A DNA stretch of 64,000 nucleotides from an uncultured Acidobacteriota bacterium (lineage in GTDB: Bacteria; Acidobacteriota; Thermoanaerobaculia; Gp7-AA8). A program made the position numbers and the translations under genes. The notes under the pieces were generated by a model that was given only the letters and a program-made list of their open reading frames with translations, had not been told where the DNA came from and ran no database searches. Positions 48,901 through 58,839 of this stretch are shown here, in pieces. How positions within the stretch are numbered: the stretch's first letter is position 1; every line of letters begins with the position of its first letter. Location of the stretch: assembly GCA_963741955.1 (NCBI GenBank), contig CAVUKB010000007.1, positions 312,558 to 376,557 of the forward strand. Reading direction: 5' to 3'.

Positions 48901-50797
48901 CCTCGAAATTCGGTTTCACCTGCTCGACGTCGAGTGCCTGCTGCTCTTCGACGAACGCGAAGTCGCGGATGCGCACCGGTTCCGGCGCGCCGGTGGGGCG
49001 GACCTCGAACGGCTCTGCGAGCTCCACCCTCAGCCCGAGGTTCTCCAGGCGCGGCACGATGTCGGAGAGCGAAAGAGGAGAGCCGCGGTGCATGAACTTG
49101 CAGCGGATCCCCTTGGCCGGGCCGTTCTCGTCGTACAGATCCACCACCAGCTCGCTGGTTTCGAGGACCTTCTCGATGTTCCCGATGTCGTGAACCGCTT
49201 CCTCTGCGGCGAAACGTTCGCGATAACCGGCGGGGAACGCGTCACGGTAACGGCGATGGATCTCGATCCCGGCCTCCTCACCGTGGACGCGAATCAGAGC
49301 ATCGCGAAGGTGATCGCTCCAGGTCCGTGCCGCTTCGGCAATCTGTGCCTCCAGCAGTTTCGCATCGACTTCCGGGACCTCACCCGGCGAAGTCTTGATG
49401 ATGTAGTGCGCCCGCGCCAGCGGTGACTCGGAGAGTTGGGCGTACGCGGCGGTGGCGATTCCGTTGAATGCGCGCTCGAGAATGTCCTGGATCCGCTCGC
49501 GGACGTCGGCGTCGAAGCGGTCGCGCGGGATGTAGACGAGACAGGAGACGAAACGCTCGAAGACGTCCTGCCGCACGAACAGAGCAATCCTCAGACGCTC
49601 CTGGAGCTGGAGGATGCCGAGACTGGTGTTGTACAGCTGGTCGTCGTCCATTTGGAAGACTTCGTCGCGCGGGAGGGTCTCCAGGATGGCCGCGAGCGCC
49701 TTCCCGTCGTGGGAGGTCGGCGAGAGCCCGGCCCTTTCCAGCACCCGTCGTGCTTTGTGGCGGAGCAGCGGGATCTGTTTGACGCTGCGGCTGTACGCTC
49801 CGGAAGTGAACAGACCGAGGAACCGGTCCTCGCCGATCACGTTACCCTGATCGTCGAACCGCTTCACGCTGATCCGATCCATGTGTACGGGGCGATGGAC
49901 GGTGCTGCGTGTATTGGCTTTGGCGACGACGAGAAGCTCTTTTCGATGTGCGAAGTGCCGCAGTTCCTGCGGGAACGGCGCGTTGCTGCGGTTCGCCGAT
50001 TCCGGCCTGATGGCGCGAAGGACTCCGAGACTCGAATCGCGATCCAGCTCCAGCCGCTCCTCTCCTCCGGTCGTGGTGAAGTGGTACCGGCGGTAACCGA
50101 GATAGACGAAGTGATCGTCATCGAGCCAGCGGAGGAACTCCATCGCCTCGGCGATCTCTTCGAGCGGAAGTGGCGGCTTGGTTCGATTGAGCTCCTCGAG
50201 CACTTCACGCAACTTCATCCGCATCGACTGCCAGTCGGCCACCGCGGTCCGGACGTCGGAGAGGACCTTCTCGATACACTCGCGCGTCTTGCCGATGTCA
50301 CTTTCGGACGTCACCTGGTCGAGCTCGACGTGAATGTAGGATTCACTGATGACCTGACCCTCCGTGGACGCGGTGTCGATGCGTCGTCCGGAGGAGTCGC
50401 GCCGGACCTGGACGATCGGATGGATCAGGACATGGATGTTCCGTTCGGAGAGATTCAGTTCCGCGGCGATCGAATCGACCAGGAACGGCATGTCGTCGTT
50501 CACGATCTCGAGAACGGTGTGCTCTGAGGTCCAGCCTTCCCGCTCGAGCGCCGGGTTGTAGAGGTGGATGTTCGGAGTGCCGGGGATGCGCTCGGCACCC
50601 AACCTCCAGAGCGACAGTGCGCTTTCGACCAGCACGTCGGGAGGGGTGTAGAGCATGTCGTCGGGAGCGACGAGCGCGTAGTATCGCCGGACGAACTCGG
50701 ATGCTGCATCGGCGATTGCGGGATCGACGCGACGTCGCGCTTCCGCGGCCAGACGTTCGATCAACTCGGCTTTTCTCGGTTCTTCACTCGGTTTCAC
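45983..50797 (-). CDS. gdhB: NAD-specific glutamate dehydrogenase, large (~180 kDa) Bac_GDH class
   Basis: 1,604 aa with characteristic Bac_GDH N-terminal, central catalytic and C-terminal regions. GTG start at 50795-50797, preceded by GAGGAG at 5-nt spacing. Confidence 0.9.
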   Translation of the reverse strand: MKPSEEPRKAELIERLAAEARRRVDPAIADAASEFVRRYYALVAPDDMLYTPPDVLVESALSLWRLGAERIPGTPNIHLYNPALEREGWTSEHTVLEIVNDDMPFLVDSIAAELNLSERNIHVLIHPIVQVRRDSSGRRIDTASTEGQVISESYIHVELDQVTSESDIGKTRECIEKVLSDVRTAVADWQSMRMKLREVLEELNRTKPPLPLEEIAEAMEFLRWLDDDHFVYLGYRRYHFTTTGGEERLELDRDSSLGVLRAIRPESANRSNAPFPQELRHFAHRKELLVVAKANTRSTVHRPVHMDRISVKRFDDQGNVIGEDRFLGLFTSGAYSRSVKQIPLLRHKARRVLERAGLSPTSHDGKALAAILETLPRDEVFQMDDDQLYNTSLGILQLQERLRIALFVRQDVFERFVSCLVYIPRDRFDADVRERIQDILERAFNGIATAAYAQLSESPLARAHYIIKTSPGEVPEVDAKLLEAQIAEAARTWSDHLRDALIRVHGEEAGIEIHRRYRDAFPAGYRERFAAEEAVHDIGNIEKVLETSELVVDLYDENGPAKGIRCKFMHRGSPLSLSDIVPRLENLGLRVELAEPFEVRPTGAPEPVRIRDFAFVEEQQALDVEQVKPNFEEAFLRIWHNETEDDGFNRLITLADLEWQQVVVLRTYCKYLRQTGISFSQAYMQRTMANHAEIACLLVELFESLFDPARAGEGDERADQIRGEILRKLESVTNLDEDRIIRRYLNAIDSTVRTNYYQPDAAGLRKAYLSIKISSRDLTELPLPRPLFEIFVYSPRFEGVHLRGGMVARGGIRWSDRPEDFRTEILGLMKAQTVKNTVIVPVGSKGGFVLKQAPSPGDREAFLKEGIACYQNFIRGLLDLTDNIVDGRVVHPPNVRLRDADDIYLVVAADKGTATFSDIANGISAEYDFWLGDAFASGGSAGYDHKKMGITARGAWEAVKRHFRELGRDIQTQNFTCVGVGDMSGDVFGNGMLLSEHTRLIGAFNHLHIFVDPDPDPRRSFEERKRLFELPRSSWSDYDPSLLSPGGAVFDRKAKLINISPQVMERFDLPKPQVTPNELVQAILRARADLLWLGGIGTYVKASDETDADARDRANDALRVDAPELRVKVVGEGANLGCTQRARIEFALGGGKINNDAIDNSAGVDTSDHEVNIKILLDELVRRGGLTGEQRLEVLAEMTSAVAELVLRDNYQQTQAISIAAAPGVGMLDAQARLMRSLERAGKLDRGLEFLPDDEVIVERHAAHTGLTRPEIAVLLAYSKIALYQDLLGSDLPDDPLLHEDLIHYFPPQLRERYPDAILRHRLNREIIATFVTNNMVNRVGPTFVTQLSEETGRTSVDIARAYAIVRNCFELRSIYGDIESLDNLIPAELQLRMLLEAGQLVERATRWFLKGGVTLDVSTLEAEYRPGIATLQSQLDSILSAGEIETLTAKIRELEELGVPSALARRIGSVDVASSFLDIVHIAHESGQPIEQVGKIYFALGPRFGFDRLRAAAESIVTDTPWQKAAISGVIDDLFNYQSVLAARVLQGSKKGANGEAIDHWLATRHDVTTRTDQMLNELRTIPAIDLSALTVATRQLRALIES

Positions 50798-51007
50798 GAG
50801 AGGTCTCCTCGCTCGGGAGTTTCCGCACGTTTCCTGCGCGGCAGTCGAATGGTTTTGAGAGGGCCGTGAGTCGGGAGCGGATTTCCCGTTTCAACTCTCG
50901 CTCGGTCGTCCTGCCACCTGGCATTGCGGGTCCGCACGCTCAACGCGATGGATAGCGTACCACAAGGAAAACGGCGAAGGAGCACCGCTTTCCGAAGGGT
51001 GACCGCC

Positions 51008-51832
51008 TCATTTCAGCGCCGCGTTTCCGAGCTCTTTCGATCGCTTCGTCGCCGCTTCCACTGCATCGATCAGCGTGGTTCTCACACCGCCTCGTTCCAG
51101 GATGTGCAGGCCTGTGATCGCGGTTCCTCCGGGCGAAGTGACCATGTCCTTGAGCAGCCCCGGATGCTCGTTCGTCTCGATCAGGAGCTTCGCCGCCCCG
51201 AGGACCGTCTGCGCCGCCAGCATCTGGGCGGTCCGGCGCGAGAGGCCGACCTTCACCCCCGCATCGCCGAGCGCTTCGATGATCAGAAAAACATAGGCGG
51301 GGCCGGAGCCGGAGAGCCCTGTGACCGCGTCGAGCTGACTCTCCTCGAGGATGATCGTCGTCCCGACAGCGTCGAAGATCCGTTTGGCGGCGGCGAGGTC
51401 ATCCGGAGTGGCGTGCTCGCCTCCCGCGATCGCGGTTGCACCGGCATCGACGAGCGCTGGAGTGTTCGGCATCGCACGAACGATTCTCGTCCCGGGACGG
51501 ACCCGGCTCTCCACCGCTTCGATGGGAAAGCCGGCGGCGATCGTGATCACCAGCGCGTCGGAAGGGATCAGCGTCCCGATCTGGTCGAGAACGCGCGACA
51601 TGATCTGCGGCTTGACCGCGAGGATCACGATCTCGGCATCCCGGATCGCTTCGGGATTGCTGTTCGAGGTTCGGATGCCGTACTTCGCCTTCAACTCGTC
51701 GATACGCTCGACGCGTGGCCCGGAGGCGAAGATCTCCTCGGGTGTGGAGTGACCCCCGGCGAGGAGACCGCGAATGAGCGCCTCGGCCATGTTGCCGGCT
51801 CCGACCAGCGCGATCCTCTTGTTGATCTGCAT
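51008..51832 (-). CDS. proC: Pyrroline-5-carboxylate reductase
   Basis: ATG verified at 51830-51832. Rossmann IALVGAGNMAEALI. ProC C-terminal dimerisation region (GLSGSGPAYVFLIIEAL...MVTSPGGTAI). Confidence 0.9.
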   Translation of the reverse strand: MQINKRIALVGAGNMAEALIRGLLAGGHSTPEEIFASGPRVERIDELKAKYGIRTSNSNPEAIRDAEIVILAVKPQIMSRVLDQIGTLIPSDALVITIAAGFPIEAVESRVRPGTRIVRAMPNTPALVDAGATAIAGGEHATPDDLAAAKRIFDAVGTTIILEESQLDAVTGLSGSGPAYVFLIIEALGDAGVKVGLSRRTAQMLAAQTVLGAAKLLIETNEHPGLLKDMVTSPGGTAITGLHILERGGVRTTLIDAVEAATKRSKELGNAALK

Positions 51833-51964
51833 ACCATTCTCCCTCAGATCGAAGTTCTGAATGCCGTGCTCGGAGCGGCGGAGAATATCAGGAGCCGGAG
51901 GCATTCCCCAACCGCGGGATGACCGCGGTTCTCCGGACGGTTACGGGAAGCGAAAGAGAGCGGA

Positions 51965-53788
51965 TTGGAACCGGACAAGAAGAAAAGAGTACGGCTGGAC
52001 GTGGTCTGGCGCGAAGCGCGCGAGCTGATATGGGCGCGACGGAAGCGGCTCGCCGCCGGATTCGGCCTGATGCTCGTGAGCAGGATGGCGTCTCTGGTTC
52101 TCCCCGCGACGTCGAAGTACCTGATCGACGACGTGATCGGGAAACAGCAGCACCATCTCCTCCCCTGGCTCGCGGCGGCCGCAGGCGGTGCGACGCTGCT
52201 CCAGGCGATCTCCTCGTTCTCGCTGTCTCAGGTTCTGGGAATCACCGCCCAACAGTCGATCACCGAAATGCGGAGGCAGGTGCAGAGACACGTGGCCCGT
52301 CTGCCGGTATCGTATTTCGACGCCACGAAATCGGGTGTGCTGGTCTCGCGGATCATGACCGATGCGGAGGGAATCCGAAATCTGGTCGGGACGGGACTGG
52401 TGCAGCTGGCCGGCGGATTCGTCACCGCCGCTGCGGCATTCGTGGTCCTCCTCACCCTGAACTGGCAGCTGACGCTCGCGACCGTCACGGCCCTGGCGCT
52501 GTACGGAGGAGGGCTGTTCCTCGCGCTGAGGAAGATCCGGCCGCTGTTCAGGGAGCGCGGAAACATCAACGCGGAAGTGACCGGACGACTGGCGGAAAGT
52601 CTCGGCGGGATCCGGGTGGTCAAAGCCTATGCGGCGGAGAGACGGGAGGAGCTGGTGTTCGCGCGTGGCGTGCATTCGCTGCTGCGGAATGTGGCGAAGA
52701 CTGTGACGTCCGTCTCTGCACTCGGTTCGGTAACCACCATCTTCGTCGGCATGATCAGCGTGCTGATCATGATCGTCGGCGGCAAAGCGATCTTCGCCGG
52801 CACGATGACTCTCGGCGACTTCGTGATGTACGTCTTCTTCACCGGACTCCTCGCCGGACCTCTGATGACGATCGCATCGATCGGTACACAGATGATGGAG
52901 GCGTTCGCCGGACTCGATCGGATTCGAGAGGTCCTTGGCGAGACGACCGAAGAGGAGTTCGATCGAGGAAAGCGGCCGGTGAAGGGCATACGAGGCGAGG
53001 TCACGTTCGAAAACGTCGGATTCGAATACCGCGCCGGAGTCCCGGTTCTCGAGGAGATCTCCTTTCGTGCGGCGAAGGGAACGACCACTGCACTGGTGGG
53101 ACCGAGCGGATCGGGGAAGAGCACTCTGCTCGGCCTGGTCATGGCGTTCCACCAGCCGAAAGAAGGGATCATTCGAATCGACGGGCAGCCGCTGCGCGAG
53201 CTGCGCCTGCGCGAATACCGCTCGCACCTCGGGATCGTCCTGCAGGAGAACTTCCTGTTCGACGGCACCATCGCCGAGAACATCCGCTATGGCCACGCGG
53301 GAGCGACGATGGACGAGATCCGGCGGGTGGCGGCGATCGCGCACGTCGACGAGTTCGTCGATCCCCTCGCCGAGACGTACCAGACGATCGTCGGAGAGAG
53401 GGGGATCAAACTCTCGGGAGGGCAGCGTCAGAGGATCGCGATCGCGCGGGCGATACTGGCCGATCCGGCAATCCTGATCCTCGACGAGGCGACCTCCAGT
53501 CTCGACAGCGAGAGCGAAGCGCTGATCCAGGATGGATTGCGGTCCTTGCGCAGAGGCCGCACGACGTTCGTCATCGCGCACCGCCTTTCGACCATCCGGA
53601 GCGCCGATCAGATCCTGGTTCTCGAGAAGGGAAGGATCGTGGAGAGAGGGACGCACGCGGAGCTTCTCGGACTCCACGGGCGTTACCGCCAGCTCTACGA
53701 CCGGCAGTACGACTTCGAGCACGACCGCTACATCAATCCTGGTGAAGAGCTGAAAGAGACTTCCGAGATCGACGGCGTGATGTCGTGA
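51965..53788 (+). CDS. ABC exporter, fused permease/ATPase (MsbA/ABCB-type)
   Basis: Six-TM domain plus NBD with Walker A GPSGSGKST, signature LSGGQRQR, Walker B ILILDEATS and H-loop. The only in-frame start options are TTG 51965 and GTG ~52003; no ATG precedes TM1. Confidence 0.85.
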   Translation: MEPDKKKRVRLDVVWREARELIWARRKRLAAGFGLMLVSRMASLVLPATSKYLIDDVIGKQQHHLLPWLAAAAGGATLLQAISSFSLSQVLGITAQQSITEMRRQVQRHVARLPVSYFDATKSGVLVSRIMTDAEGIRNLVGTGLVQLAGGFVTAAAAFVVLLTLNWQLTLATVTALALYGGGLFLALRKIRPLFRERGNINAEVTGRLAESLGGIRVVKAYAAERREELVFARGVHSLLRNVAKTVTSVSALGSVTTIFVGMISVLIMIVGGKAIFAGTMTLGDFVMYVFFTGLLAGPLMTIASIGTQMMEAFAGLDRIREVLGETTEEEFDRGKRPVKGIRGEVTFENVGFEYRAGVPVLEEISFRAAKGTTTALVGPSGSGKSTLLGLVMAFHQPKEGIIRIDGQPLRELRLREYRSHLGIVLQENFLFDGTIAENIRYGHAGATMDEIRRVAAIAHVDEFVDPLAETYQTIVGERGIKLSGGQRQRIAIARAILADPAILILDEATSSLDSESEALIQDGLRSLRRGRTTFVIAHRLSTIRSADQILVLEKGRIVERGTHAELLGLHGRYRQLYDRQYDFEHDRYINPGEELKETSEIDGVMS

Positions 53789-54156
53789 GTCTGCGAGATT
53801 CCGGCGAGCCCGCTTGGGTTCTGCCGCATGGCGAAGCGCGGCACGGCTTTCGCCGTGCCGGCCGCGGCGGCAGCCGCGGCGCCCCTCGGCGCGCGAAGGA
53901 CGCGTCTTCCTTGGGGTGTGGACGCGAAGCGTCGGTGATTCTTGCGAGGCGCTCCGCTTCTGCCGAGGACGCGGGGGGGTACTGGGGTCGCGCGCGTGCC
54001 GTGATGCGCGCGGCGGATTGCGAATTCGCACTCCACCCGCCGAATGTGATCTCGCCGAGGAGTGCGGACTCGCAGTCCGCTCGTGATTCTTCACCGGCAC
54101 TCCTGACCCCCGCGTTATACTGACCTCTCGCCACAATTTGCGAAGGAGGTCCCGGC

Positions 54157-54618
54157 ATGACGATCTCTCCTCAGCCCGAGAATCCCCGACCGCGCGGATG
54201 CTGGTCGCGTCATTGGAAGTGGGCAGTCCCGGTGGGCTGCCTGATCGTGGTGATCCTCGCCGCAGCCGCGGTTGGTGGCCTGGTTCTCGCGCTCGCCAGC
54301 TCGTTCAAGTCGTCCGATGTGTACAAGATGGCGATGACTCAGCTCCGGCACAATGCTTCCGCAGTCGAGCACCTCGGCGAGCCGATCGATCCGGGATGGT
54401 GGGTCTCCGGAAGCATGAATGTGAACGGCGCGTCGGGCTCGGCGGACCTCGAGATCCCGGTGCATGGACCGAAAGACTCCGGGAAGCTGTATCTCGAAGC
54501 GGAAAAGCACGCCGGACAATGGACGTTCAAGAGCCTGCGGGTTCAGTTCGACAAGGGAGGGAGCGTCGACCTCATGGAGACCTCACACCAGGTGAGCGGG
54601 GAGAAACTGCAGCTGTGA
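54157..54618 (+). CDS. Coa1/TIM21-like single-pass membrane protein (cytochrome-oxidase-assembly-factor-1-like), hypothetical
   Basis: ATG verified at 54157 with GAAGGAGG upstream. One TM (VPVGCLIVVILAAAAVGGLVLAL) followed by a ~100-aa soluble domain. Confidence 0.55.
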   Translation: MTISPQPENPRPRGCWSRHWKWAVPVGCLIVVILAAAAVGGLVLALASSFKSSDVYKMAMTQLRHNASAVEHLGEPIDPGWWVSGSMNVNGASGSADLEIPVHGPKDSGKLYLEAEKHAGQWTFKSLRVQFDKGGSVDLMETSHQVSGEKLQL

Positions 54619-54664
54619 CCCTTCGTCGATGATTCTCGATCCTCGATGCGAAAAGGGGGACGCG

Positions 54665-55195
54665 ATGAGCGATGCGGAAGTGCTGCGGACGCAGCTGCGC
54701 GAATTCCGGAGATTGAAAGATCTGGCGGAACGAGCCATGGCTCAGGTGGACGACGAAGGCTTCTTCGAGACGTTGAACGACGGGGACAACAGTATCGCCG
54801 CCATCGTGAAGCACGTGGCCGGAAACCTCCGATCGCGCTGGCGAGACTTCCTGACCACGGATGGAGAAAAGCCGGATCGGAACCGCGAGGGAGAGTTCGA
54901 GATCAGTGCCGCGGACCATCGGGCTTCACTGACCGAACAATGGGAGAGCGGCTGGCGTTTTCTCTTCCAGGCACTGGAGCCACTCGGCTCCGGCGATCTC
55001 GATCGGACGGTCACCATCCGCGGGGAGCCGCTCACCGTACTGCAGGCGACGCAACGCCAGCTGACCCACTACGCGTATCACATCGGACAGATCGTCCTTC
55101 TCGCGAAGCACCGCGCGGGTGATCGGTGGGTGACTCTGAGCATCGCCCGAGGAAAGTCGGCCGAATTCAACCGCGATCCGGCGAAGTATCTCTGA
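54665..55195 (+). CDS. DUF1572 (DinB/YfiT-like four-helix bundle) protein
   Basis: ATG at 54665 has AAAGGGGGA upstream (the 54629 ATG has no RBS). IVKHVAGNLRSRWRDFLTTDGEKPDRNREGEF...LTHYAYHIGQIVLLAKH. Confidence 0.7.
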   Translation: MSDAEVLRTQLREFRRLKDLAERAMAQVDDEGFFETLNDGDNSIAAIVKHVAGNLRSRWRDFLTTDGEKPDRNREGEFEISAADHRASLTEQWESGWRFLFQALEPLGSGDLDRTVTIRGEPLTVLQATQRQLTHYAYHIGQIVLLAKHRAGDRWVTLSIARGKSAEFNRDPAKYL

Positions 55196-55220
55196 GCCGC
55201 GTCGCGGCAACGGAGACGTA

Positions 55221-58200
55221 TCAGAGGTATCGGAGCTCGCGCGCAATGCGCAACGACTCCTCGAGTGCGGGCAGCGGATCGTCCGAGCTCGAGGCCGAGG
55301 TGAGCGCTTCCTCCAGCCGGGGAGGAAAACGGTGCTGGTCCGGCTGCAGCAGCCGGCGCACCAGCACCTTCGCTTCCTCCCTCTTCCCGTCGCTCGAAAG
55401 GATATCGAGAAGAGGAAAGGCGGGGACCCAGTCGAGTGGGATCTGCAGCCCCGATTCGATCCGATCGTGGAGCGACTTTCGGGTGAGCCTCTCCGCTTCC
55501 GCCCGATCTCCGTTCTTCCAGGCAATCCAGCCGAGGTTTCCTTCCCCGGTGATCACGTACTCCCGCAAGTTCGTTTCGCGGGCGAGCGCGATACTCGTAT
55601 CAGTCCGGAGGCGCGACTCTTCCACCTCGCCTCGTCGGCGTGAAACGAGGCTGAGGTAGGCCGCGCTCCGGGTCCGCTGCACGAGATCGCCGGTCTTTTC
55701 GGCGATCTCTTTCCCTTCCATGAGCCACCGCTCCGCTTCGTCGAGCTCGCAACGCCAGAAGTGGATGAAGCCGAGGGCGAAGAGGGGAGCGGCAGGGGGG
55801 AATCCTTCGCTGGAGCGCCGTGCCGCTTCGACTGCCCGGCGCTGTCCGTCGACCGTCTCGTCATCGAGGAGATAGCGATCGCGCCGGAACGCGAGGAGCG
55901 AGCGGGCGTAGTAGAACGCGCACTGTTGCGCATCGCTGGCGTGGCTCTCGACGTCTCCTGCGATTGCGTTCAGCTCCGCCGACATCCCCGGCACGTCCGC
56001 TTTCCAGTAATGAACCCAGTTGCGGTCCAGGTGGAGTTGAAGCCACTCGCGCCACCAGGCGGGCGAGTCGTCCCGTCCCTTCAGCAATTCCTTTTCCGCT
56101 CTGCCGAATTCTTCGAGGGCTTCCTGCAGATGCCGCTCGGGAATCAGAGATCTCCCGAGCTTTCGGCGGAGCCGCGCAAGCCGGAGAGATTCGAGACGTC
56201 CGTTTGCGAAGGCCTGCCGGTAGGCGGATGCCGATTCGCCATGGCGAGCGGTGAGATGAGCGATGTCGCCGAGAATCTCCAGCAGATCGCTCTCGGTCGT
56301 CGAACGTTCATCGTCGTTCATGCGGGCGGCCGACTCGAGTCCCTTCCGCGCGAGTGCTTCGCTCTCCTGGTTGGCGTACAGCCGTGCGGCGATCCGTGCG
56401 GCCCGGGTGAAGAACGCAGCGGCTTCGCCGAATTCGCGAGCCTGCTCGTACAGGAGTGCGAGCTCCGACGCGAATTCGTTCAGCCGGCTCGCGGCGAACC
56501 CTCTCAGCGCAGACGCCACCGACCGGCTGAAGCTGCTGCGGCGCGCCGGCCCGAGCCCGCCGTAGAGAGCGTTCTGATACAGGACGTGAACGAAGCGGTA
56601 CCGGAGCGTCGGAGTATCGTCGGGGAGCTCGAGCTCTCCGACATTGCGAATCAGCCCGCTCTTCTTTTCGACATCGTCGAGGAGGTCTTCGATCTCGACC
56701 TCGTCCTTTCCGAGCGCCTTCGCGACGACCGCCGAGTGAAACAGAAATCCCTCCGCCGCGGCGACACCGAGCAGCTGGCGCTGTTCCTCCGAGAGCTGAT
56801 CCAGCTTCCGCTGGATCATGTTGGAGATCGACTGAGGCATGCTCGTCTCGATCGCCGGGACGTCGGTGGTCAGCCGCCATTCGCCAGCGACGCGATCGAT
56901 GATGCCGCGATCCTTCATGTAACGGATCACGTCCACGATGAACAGCGGACTTCCTTCGGTCTTCTCGTGAATCAGCTTCGAGATCTCGGGTGGGAAGTGG
57001 TGGCCCGGGAATTCACGGTCGAGGTACGACGCCACTTCATCCGCATCGAGAAAGGCCACCTCGACCTCCCGTCCCACACCGCGTGCGACGAGCTCCTGGT
57101 GCACGGTGAGGAAAGGGCCTCTGGTTCGAGCCAGCTCGGAGGGGCGGAAGCTGCTGACCAGAAGGAGGCGGAGTGATTCGTGCCTCGCGGCCAGAAACGA
57201 GATCAGGTCCGCCGTCGATGCGTCGGCCCAATGGACGTCCTCGAGCACGAAGATCAACGGAGCCATGGCCGAAGCGCGCTCGAGAAAACCGGCGATCTCC
57301 CGTTTCATCCGGTCCTGAGGCGGCGCAGCGCCGCTCTGCATCTCCCGGTCGGCAGTCGTATCGCCGGCATGGGAGAGCTGCCGCTCCCACGTGGGCGCGA
57401 ACTCGCGAAGAAGCCGGCCGGCCCGCACGTCCGCACGCACCATCGACTCCACTGCCTCGAACCACGGCAGGTACGCCTCGGTTCCCGCGAGCCGTTCCGA
57501 ACATCGGCCCACTGCGATGATGCATTCACCCACGGTCGCCATCCGGTCGAGGAAGCGGTGGATCAACGTCGATTTTCCGATTCCGGGTTCCCCGGTGACC
57601 GCCACGAAACGGGATCGGCCTCTCTCCGTTTCCCGGAATTCGGCGACCAGAGTCTCCAGCTCGCGCTTTCGGCCGACCACGATCGTCTCGGCTCGCGAGC
57701 GCGACGGAGCTCGATGCGGGACAGACATCGCTCCCTGCCGTCTGCGGAGCTCCTCCTTGACCTCCGCGGCCGACGGCCGGGCGGATGGCTCCTTCTCCAG
57801 CATCCGGAGAAGCAGCGGGTCGAGATCGCCTGGTGAGTGCGGATTCGAAAGCGAGGGAGGTGCCGCGTCGCGGGCGATGATCGCTCGTGCAGTCGCGACG
57901 TTCGAGCCGGCGGCGAACGGATGCGTTCCGGTCAGTCCCTCGTAGAGGAGAATTCCGAATGAAAAGATGTCCGTTGCCGGTCCGACCACGTCGCCGGAGG
58001 CCTGCTCGGGCGACATGTAGCGGATCGTCCCGAGGAGCATGCCGGGCGCGGTCATCATCACCGCGGTCGGCTGGTCCTGTCCGCCCGCTGCGTTGAGCTG
58101 CGCGAGGCCGAAATCGAGGAGCTTCACTGCATTGCGATCGGTGATCCAGACGTTGCCCGGTTTGATGTCGCGGTGGACGATGCCCTTCCGGTGCGCGGCA

Positions 58201-58598
58201 TCGAGCGCGTCGGCGATCTCGGTCGCGTACGAGAGCATCTCGTCGAGTGGGATCGGTCCCTCCAGCATCCGGTCGTGAAGCGTCCGCCCTTCGAGAAGCT
58301 CCATCACGAGGAAGGGGACCGGATCGGGGGAATCGCCCGGAAGATGGCCGGGTTCGGCGACGCCGATGTCGTACAGGACGCAGATGTTGGGGTGCGACAA
58401 CGCGGAGATTGCCTGAGCCTCGCGCTGGAAGCGTGCGCGATGTGTTGCATCGGACGCAAGCTCGGGACTCAGAATCTTGAGCGCGACGGAGCGGCCGAGT
58501 CTCGGGTCCGTCGCGCGATACACCTCCCCCATGCCGCCTGCACCCAGCGGTGCCACGACTTCGTAGTGGCCGAAGCGGGAGCCTGCCTTGATCTTCAT
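55221..58598 (-). CDS. STAND-type multidomain Ser/Thr protein kinase (N-terminal kinase + AAA/NB-ARC-like P-loop ATPase + C-terminal TPR array)
   Basis: ATG verified at 58596-58598. Kinase motifs (GAGGMGEVY, HRDIKPGN, DFGLA, SPEQ). P-loop VTGEPGIGKSTL. Long helical TPR region. Confidence 0.85.
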   Translation of the reverse strand: MKIKAGSRFGHYEVVAPLGAGGMGEVYRATDPRLGRSVALKILSPELASDATHRARFQREAQAISALSHPNICVLYDIGVAEPGHLPGDSPDPVPFLVMELLEGRTLHDRMLEGPIPLDEMLSYATEIADALDAAHRKGIVHRDIKPGNVWITDRNAVKLLDFGLAQLNAAGGQDQPTAVMMTAPGMLLGTIRYMSPEQASGDVVGPATDIFSFGILLYEGLTGTHPFAAGSNVATARAIIARDAAPPSLSNPHSPGDLDPLLLRMLEKEPSARPSAAEVKEELRRRQGAMSVPHRAPSRSRAETIVVGRKRELETLVAEFRETERGRSRFVAVTGEPGIGKSTLIHRFLDRMATVGECIIAVGRCSERLAGTEAYLPWFEAVESMVRADVRAGRLLREFAPTWERQLSHAGDTTADREMQSGAAPPQDRMKREIAGFLERASAMAPLIFVLEDVHWADASTADLISFLAARHESLRLLLVSSFRPSELARTRGPFLTVHQELVARGVGREVEVAFLDADEVASYLDREFPGHHFPPEISKLIHEKTEGSPLFIVDVIRYMKDRGIIDRVAGEWRLTTDVPAIETSMPQSISNMIQRKLDQLSEEQRQLLGVAAAEGFLFHSAVVAKALGKDEVEIEDLLDDVEKKSGLIRNVGELELPDDTPTLRYRFVHVLYQNALYGGLGPARRSSFSRSVASALRGFAASRLNEFASELALLYEQAREFGEAAAFFTRAARIAARLYANQESEALARKGLESAARMNDDERSTTESDLLEILGDIAHLTARHGESASAYRQAFANGRLESLRLARLRRKLGRSLIPERHLQEALEEFGRAEKELLKGRDDSPAWWREWLQLHLDRNWVHYWKADVPGMSAELNAIAGDVESHASDAQQCAFYYARSLLAFRRDRYLLDDETVDGQRRAVEAARRSSEGFPPAAPLFALGFIHFWRCELDEAERWLMEGKEIAEKTGDLVQRTRSAAYLSLVSRRRGEVEESRLRTDTSIALARETNLREYVITGEGNLGWIAWKNGDRAEAERLTRKSLHDRIESGLQIPLDWVPAFPLLDILSSDGKREEAKVLVRRLLQPDQHRFPPRLEEALTSASSSDDPLPALEESLRIARELRYL

Positions 58599-58839
58599 AG
58601 GGTCTCGAACAGAATACACGAAGGGAACGCGGGGACCCTCTCCACCGCGCGCCGTGACAAACGCGTTCCCGCTCCGATCCGTATCATCGTCCGATCAGAC
58701 TCCCGAGGCCTTGAACGACGGGGCGGGTCGAGAGGGAGCAGCCCCGTGACCTCCTCTCGTACGGACCCGCATCGAAGATCGACAGTCGATCCGCCCAATC
58801 CCTGAGCGAGATCGACCCCCTCGGCCGCTTTGTGTCGCG

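Noticed and set aside
45301-50797. A hydrogenase gene cluster accompanying the HycI-like protease
   Set aside because: No hydrogenase subunit signatures were seen in any frame nearby. The adjacent large gene is clearly NAD-glutamate dehydrogenase.
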